Part shown: positions 59,599 through 64,000 of the stretch, piece by piece
Position numbering within the stretch: position 1 is the stretch's first letter
How the letters are laid out: every line of letters starts with the position of its first letter
Source: Methyloligellaceae bacterium
GTDB lineage: Bacteria > Pseudomonadota > Alphaproteobacteria > Rhizobiales > CBDHHC01
Assembly: GCA_050633205.1 (NCBI GenBank)
Contig: JBOEGA010000010.1
Location: 6,415-70,414, forward strand
Direction of reading: 5' to 3'
DNA: 64,000 bases
Notes under the pieces: generated by a model
The model's database searches: none
What the model was told of the DNA's origin: nothing
The model's input: only the letters and a program-made list of their open reading frames with translations
Translations under genes and position numbers: made by a program

Positions 59599-60855
59599 AT
59601 GAGCGATAATTTTGATATTATTCTGAGTGGTGGAACTGTGATTGATCCTGCTACGGGCAGAAACGGTCGATTTGATATTGGCATAAAGGACGGTAAAATC
59701 GCTACCATTGACACGGGGCTGAATGCGTCCGAGGCGGCTGTGACCGATGTTACGGGCAAACTTGTTATTCCGGGAATGATTGATACGCACGGGCATATTT
59801 ATGAGCATGTGACGGGAAAATTTGGTCTTAACCCGGATATGGTCGGTGTGCGCTCTGCCGTTACAACAGTGGTGGATCAGGGTGGGCCGAGCTGTATGAC
59901 GCTTGGTGGGTTCAAACATTTTGTTGCGGGTGCTTCGCGAACCAATCTGTACTGTTTTATATCCGCCTATCTGGTTGGCGGACTTGAAGGGCATATGTAC
60001 CCTGACCTTTATGGACCAAACGGGGTAAACCCTGAGCATACTGTTCGGGTAGCGAGAGATAATCTGGATATTGTGCGCGGTGTGAAGGCCCATGCGGAGA
60101 TTGGCGGGCAGTCCCGCTGGGGGCTTGAGGTTATCAAGACCGGCAAGAGGATTTCCAGGGAGCTTGATCTGCCGCTATATATTCATCTCGGGCAGCTCTG
60201 GCCCAGTGTTGAGGAGGGGCCTGTTCCTGATCCTGATGAGCTGATCCGGGAACTGGTGCCTATTATGGATGAGGGTGATGTTCTGGCGCATCCGTTTACG
60301 CGGCATCCGGGGGGATTTGTTTCAGAGCAGGGCGAAGTCCACCCGATTGTGTTTGAAGCGATTGACCGCGGTGTTCGTGTTGATGTGGGGCACGGGTCTC
60401 ATTTCAGCTTCCAAGTCGCGAAGACGGTTCTTGATGCGGGGATCAGGCCATTTACACTTGGCGCCGATATGCATGGTTATAATGTGACTGTTCTGCCTGA
60501 AGGGCTCGATAAAGATGTGCGTGAGGCCAATCCGTTCTTTGGTGTTGCACCCTTTAACCTGACTGTTGCCATGACCAAACTGACTACACTTGGTATGCCC
60601 CTTGCGGATGTTATTGCAACGGTTACTAAAAATCCCGCAATTATGCTGGGCAAGCAGGATGAGCTTGGGGCACTTGAGACTGGCCGGGTGGCTGATATTT
60701 CGGTGCTGGATATGCTTGAGGGGAAATTCAAGCTGTTTGACAATTCCGGTGTTGAGGTGATTACCGACAAGCTGATCCACCCTGTTATGTGCCTGAAGGA
60801 TGGAGTTATTTTCAACGCGGATTCACCGTTAATTCCTGAACCTGTTGCGGCCTGA
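59599..60855 (+). CDS. amidohydrolase/deacetylase-family metallohydrolase
   Basis: FDIILSGGTVIDP...PGMIDTHGHIYEH (HxH metal motif). 418 aa. Confidence 0.8.
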   Translation: MSDNFDIILSGGTVIDPATGRNGRFDIGIKDGKIATIDTGLNASEAAVTDVTGKLVIPGMIDTHGHIYEHVTGKFGLNPDMVGVRSAVTTVVDQGGPSCMTLGGFKHFVAGASRTNLYCFISAYLVGGLEGHMYPDLYGPNGVNPEHTVRVARDNLDIVRGVKAHAEIGGQSRWGLEVIKTGKRISRELDLPLYIHLGQLWPSVEEGPVPDPDELIRELVPIMDEGDVLAHPFTRHPGGFVSEQGEVHPIVFEAIDRGVRVDVGHGSHFSFQVAKTVLDAGIRPFTLGADMHGYNVTVLPEGLDKDVREANPFFGVAPFNLTVAMTKLTTLGMPLADVIATVTKNPAIMLGKQDELGALETGRVADISVLDMLEGKFKLFDNSGVEVITDKLIHPVMCLKDGVIFNADSPLIPEPVAA

Positions 60856-60860
60856 TTTTA

Positions 60861-61223
60861 TCAGGTGAGGTTCCATACCTGTTTTTTGCCATCTGGCGGG
60901 GTTGCGATGACTGCATCCATATCGACCTCGACCATATCTTCAACGATGCGAACGGGGTAGAGTTTGAGATTATCGACCCGCCAGCCCGCAGAGACTTCTC
61001 CGGAGTTCAGATTGAAGCGGGCGAAATGTCTTGGGCAGTGAACTTCACAGCCCTCTACTTTTCCCTCTGCCAGACTGGCCCTGTCATGAGGGCAGAGGCT
61101 CTGAAATGCGCGGGGCTCTCCGTCGATAAGTGCAAGGGCGAGTTTGTATTCACCTATGGTTACGACAGTGACCTTTTGTGGCGTCAGTGATGTCAGTGGA
61201 ACTATTGGCTGGTAATCGGTCAT
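60861..61223 (-). CDS. Rieske [2Fe-2S] ferredoxin-type protein
   Basis: CPHDRASL...CPRHFARF is the C-x-H ... C-x-x-H Rieske motif. 120 aa. Confidence 0.82.
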   Translation of the reverse strand: MTDYQPIVPLTSLTPQKVTVVTIGEYKLALALIDGEPRAFQSLCPHDRASLAEGKVEGCEVHCPRHFARFNLNSGEVSAGWRVDNLKLYPVRIVEDMVEVDMDAVIATPPDGKKQVWNLT

Positions 61224-61515
61224 TGTATTTTTTCAGGACACCTTATTTTTGGTTTTTGGATTGTATTGGATTTTTTTCATCTCATAAATGCTAACTCTTG
61301 TACTTCACGCGTCTTAGCAGGGTATCATAAGGCCTGTTGTGGGGGATAAGTTTTTGAGAGGATTTTGGGCCCGTGTGTGGCCAGAGCTTGTTTTTGTGGC
61401 AAAAATATAATTTATTTCCCTGCCTGGTTTTTGTGATCGGCGCTGAAAAACGGATTTTCCGGTTACGTTCCGATACCGTTTATTGCTGTTCAGGTTACCT
61501 TGAAGTACGCTGAAG

Positions 61516-61545
61516 TTACGTGTTGTTACGTGTGATTACGTCCGG
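61516..61545. repeat. three tandem 10-bp units TTACGTGTTG / TTACGTGTGA / TTACGTCCGG, plus another TTACGT at 61463-61468
   Basis: Read directly. The spacing is exactly 10 bp (helical phasing). Intergenic, about 290-320 nt upstream of the Rieske gene start. Confidence 0.6.
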
Positions 61546-61719
61546 CCTGATCGGTTCCGGTGTGGGGTGAAGTTTTTTCTATCGTATACTCCGTCGGGCC
61601 GGGAAGAATTTGATCTGCTACGGGAGAGTGATGGCAGTTAATTGTTATTCGTTGCATTTTTTACAATCACTATTTTTCAGAATAATAATACATGTTAGAA
61701 CTTCGCCATATAAATAATA

Positions 61720-62469
61720 TTAAATGCCAAGCTTATCTGTAATGCGATTTAGACGGTAGGCATTCATAAGTGTGGCAAGTTCTACTGCATTCATGCCATA
61801 AGAGTCCGGTAACATGCCTGACACTCCCATCAGGTTCCTGTTTATATCGGCGAGCATTTTTCCCTGATCTTCACGGCGGTCATAGCTGACAAATGGCCCG
61901 CCAGGCATATTTAAAACATCAAACGGACTGACATCTTCCCAGCGGTCAAAATATTTCTTGTGCAGGTTTGACACTTCAAATCCTTCTTCAGAAAGTGTCA
62001 GGCGGCCACGGGCTATTGTCACCTGAAGAAGCGAGACGCAGGCACCCGCACCAAAAAATAATATGATCAACCAGCCCATCACCGGCCTTTCTGCCAGCAT
62101 TAATTTTCCACTGAAAGTAAATGTAACGCTGATGCACCCTATCAATAGCCATTTCCAGATGGATGCCCTTAAAACACGTACGCCACTGAAGTCTTCGGGA
62201 GAGAGTTTTTTCGGATCCGGGCGTTTTGTATGCCAGCGCAAGGGCAGATATACGGATAATTCCCAGACGCCGACAATGGCGACACACAGGAAAAGCAATG
62301 GCGCCCATATCATCTCCAGTTCCCGTGTTTTTAAAAGTGCAACCACACCAAGGACAGTAAGCGCTATACCAGTGATGATAAGGAATAAAGCCCGCCAAAA
62401 ACCGAAAGACGAAAGAATATCGCTCCATCGATGCTTTGCTCCTGAATATTCCAGATTATCTCCCGTCAT
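61720..62469 (-). CDS. membrane protein (4 TM) with a cytoplasmic C-terminal domain, unknown function
   Basis: 249 aa. Two hydrophobic helix pairs, then a soluble tail of about 90 aa (LTLSEEGFEVSNLHKKYFDRWEDVSPF...), possibly bacterial-PH-like. Confidence 0.55.
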   Translation of the reverse strand: MTGDNLEYSGAKHRWSDILSSFGFWRALFLIITGIALTVLGVVALLKTRELEMIWAPLLFLCVAIVGVWELSVYLPLRWHTKRPDPKKLSPEDFSGVRVLRASIWKWLLIGCISVTFTFSGKLMLAERPVMGWLIILFFGAGACVSLLQVTIARGRLTLSEEGFEVSNLHKKYFDRWEDVSPFDVLNMPGGPFVSYDRREDQGKMLADINRNLMGVSGMLPDSYGMNAVELATLMNAYRLNRITDKLGI

Positions 62470-62757
62470 AACAAGCAGGTTCCCTCTATACTATTAAACC
62501 AATATCCTGACATTATATCATGCATAAATTGTAATCTATTTATAATATGGGTTAGCTTTTGTCAGGGCTGATGTTTATGTGGGGGCGGACGGGGTTTATG
62601 TGCGCGCTACAAGCTGTGGGGGAACCTGTCTTTTTCTATCTCATACCCTATCGGGTTGGGTACGGTCACGCCTCGCTATCGCTCAGCAGGTAAAGCTATA
62701 AGACGTAAGAACGCCGAACTCAATCGCAACCATTTCATCAGAACTGCAACTCTGTGC

Positions 62758-64000
62758 CTAGTTGGACGCGAGCGCCCTGGCAACGCGAAACCCGATAAGC
62801 CCGTCCCGGTCGCCCCGGCTGAGCCAGTAGCGGTTACGCGCGCGCAGGTACTGCGGATCGTTGAACCAGGAGCCGCCGCGCAAAACGCGATAGTTTTCAT
62901 TATTATCACTACCACCCACCCATGCTGAACCATCTTCAGGAGCACCTTTATAACTATCATGCCAATGATCCTCACACCATTCATCAATATTACCATGCAT
63001 ATTATAAAGCCCCCACGCGTTGGGTTGAAAACTATCAACAGGAACTGTTTTTTCCCTGTACTCACCCTTGGCACCATTGCCATATGTGTAATCACCATCA
63101 TAGTTGGCTTGTTCTGTGGAAATCTCGTTTCCCCAACTAAACTCAGTTTCTGTCCCGGCCCGGCAGGTATATTCCCATTCAGCCTCGCTCAGCAGCCTAT
63201 AGTGTTGGCCTGTCGTTTCTGATAGCCATTTCACATAGTTCTGTGCATCATCCCATGAGACGTTAATGACTGGCCGCCTATCCCGCCCCCAGCCTTCGTC
63301 TTTGGGTTTATGAGCATCTGGGTTCTGAGAGGTGTAGAAGTCCCATTCCTCGAAGGTTACGGCGAAACGGCCGACCGCCAGGCGGTAGTCTATGGTGACT
63401 TCGTGTTGAGGGCGTTCATATTCATTACCTTCGTTATCTGCAGAGCCCATGAGGAAGTTGCCGGAGGGAATGATGATGAGTTCCGGTGCTGTGCGGGCAT
63501 CGCGAAAAACTGAGCCCGGCGGCAACAGCTCGGCGTAGGTGCCAAGGAGGAGCTGGCTGGAGATGAGAAGCTCTTTAAATATATCCCTATCCAGCTCTTC
63601 AAGGCGGGCACGGATGGTGGTGATGTTTTTGAGGTGGAGGGGGTTGCGATCGAGTTCTATTTCGAGTTCTTCGAGAATGTTCAGGCCCTTGTTGCGGAAG
63701 TCGGTATCATTGATGTCTTCCAGTTTGAATTTGCGTTGCTGGATTTCAGAGAACAGTGCCTCGATCAGGTTATGATGTTTGATATTTTCGCAGGGCCAGT
63801 CATTGGGGATCAGACCGTCTTTATATTCAGGATAAAACTGTCCCAGTTCATTCTCGAAGCCATCCAGCTTTTCCCTGAGATTTTTCAATGAAAAAATATC
63901 AGCATCATCTTTCAAGTTTTTCCGCTCTGCTTCCTGCACAAAACTGTCGAGCTGTTTCATGAGGGTGGAGAAGTCTTCCAGATTGAAGGGGTGGTTTGTA
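62758..64000 (-). CDS. protein with a C-terminal formylglycine-generating-enzyme (FGE/SUMF1/EgtB-type) domain; N-terminus outside the window
   Basis: PSGNFLMGS...RPQHEVTI...PVINVSWDDAQNYVKWLS...YRLLSEAEWEY..R......NAWGLYNMHGNIDEWCED...VLRGGSW are hallmark FGE-sulfatase-domain motifs. The frame stays open from 63961 to 64000 and there is no SD before the ATG at 63960, so the gene probably starts beyond the window. Confidence 0.8.
   Translation of the reverse strand, partial: TNHPFNLEDFSTLMKQLDSFVQEAERKNLKDDADIFSLKNLREKLDGFENELGQFYPEYKDGLIPNDWPCENIKHHNLIEALFSEIQQRKFKLEDINDTDFRNKGLNILEELEIELDRNPLHLKNITTIRARLEELDRDIFKELLISSQLLLGTYAELLPPGSVFRDARTAPELIIIPSGNFLMGSADNEGNEYERPQHEVTIDYRLAVGRFAVTFEEWDFYTSQNPDAHKPKDEGWGRDRRPVINVSWDDAQNYVKWLSETTGQHYRLLSEAEWEYTCRAGTETEFSWGNEISTEQANYDGDYTYGNGAKGEYREKTVPVDSFQPNAWGLYNMHGNIDEWCEDHWHDSYKGAPEDGSAWVGGSDNNENYRVLRGGSWFNDPQYLRARNRYWLSRGDRDGLIGFRVARALASN

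Noticed and set aside
1-64000. CRISPR arrays, tRNA/rRNA genes, IS elements or transposases
   Set aside because: I saw no regularly spaced direct repeats, no GTTCGAATC-type T-arm/cloverleaf candidates in intergenic DNA, no rRNA-like stretches and no transposase- or integrase-like ORFs. A by-eye scan cannot fully exclude small RNAs.

Overview
This window reads as a core chromosomal segment of a moderately AT-rich alphaproteobacterium. The evidence is the conserved alphaproteobacterial synteny pckA <> chvI-chvG-hprK ... EIIA(Man)-NPr-ahcY ... PAS histidine kinase-tsaE/amgK-murU-addB-addA-trxA. I call about 57 protein-coding genes. I saw no rRNA, tRNA, CRISPR array, transposase or integrase.

Gene content by region:
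- Left third: hemH, pyrE, a rhomboid protease, pckA, the ChvI/ChvG two-component system and the HprK/EIIA/NPr regulatory PTS module, which is split by an inverted chemoreceptor gene.
- Middle: an Omp25/31-like porin and the long co-directional block that ends in addB, addA and trxA.
- Right half: a peptidoglycan-remodelling cluster (two SGNH-like genes plus two MltB-like lytic transglycosylases), Kdo genes (kpsF/kdsD, kdsB) interrupted by motAB and a solitary zeta-toxin-like kinase, a CHASE2 protein with no output domain, several hypothetical membrane or secreted proteins, a second chemoreceptor, and an orphan LivF-like ATPase.
- Right edge: a gene encoding a C-terminal FGE/SUMF1-type domain that runs off the window.

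The most interesting locus is an AT-rich insertion of about 1.2 kb exactly between addB and addA. It carries one gene with a KilA-N-like N-terminus and a C-terminus that I remember as resembling E. coli DinD. That gene is preceded by a TGTTCT-N5-TGTTCT direct repeat, which matches the alphaproteobacterial LexA box GTTC-N7-GTTC and abuts a CTTGAT/CTATAGA promoter-like pair.

Other points:
- A probable frameshift removes the last transmembrane helix of the rhomboid.
- An ORF of at least 267 codons with a strong Shine-Dalgarno sequence at the left edge is missing from the supplied track.
- Three tandem 10-bp TTACGT units, and several perfect inverted repeats in divergent intergenic regions.

All family assignments come from reading motifs by eye. 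No searches were run, and start codons were chosen by hand from Shine-Dalgarno (SD) context.
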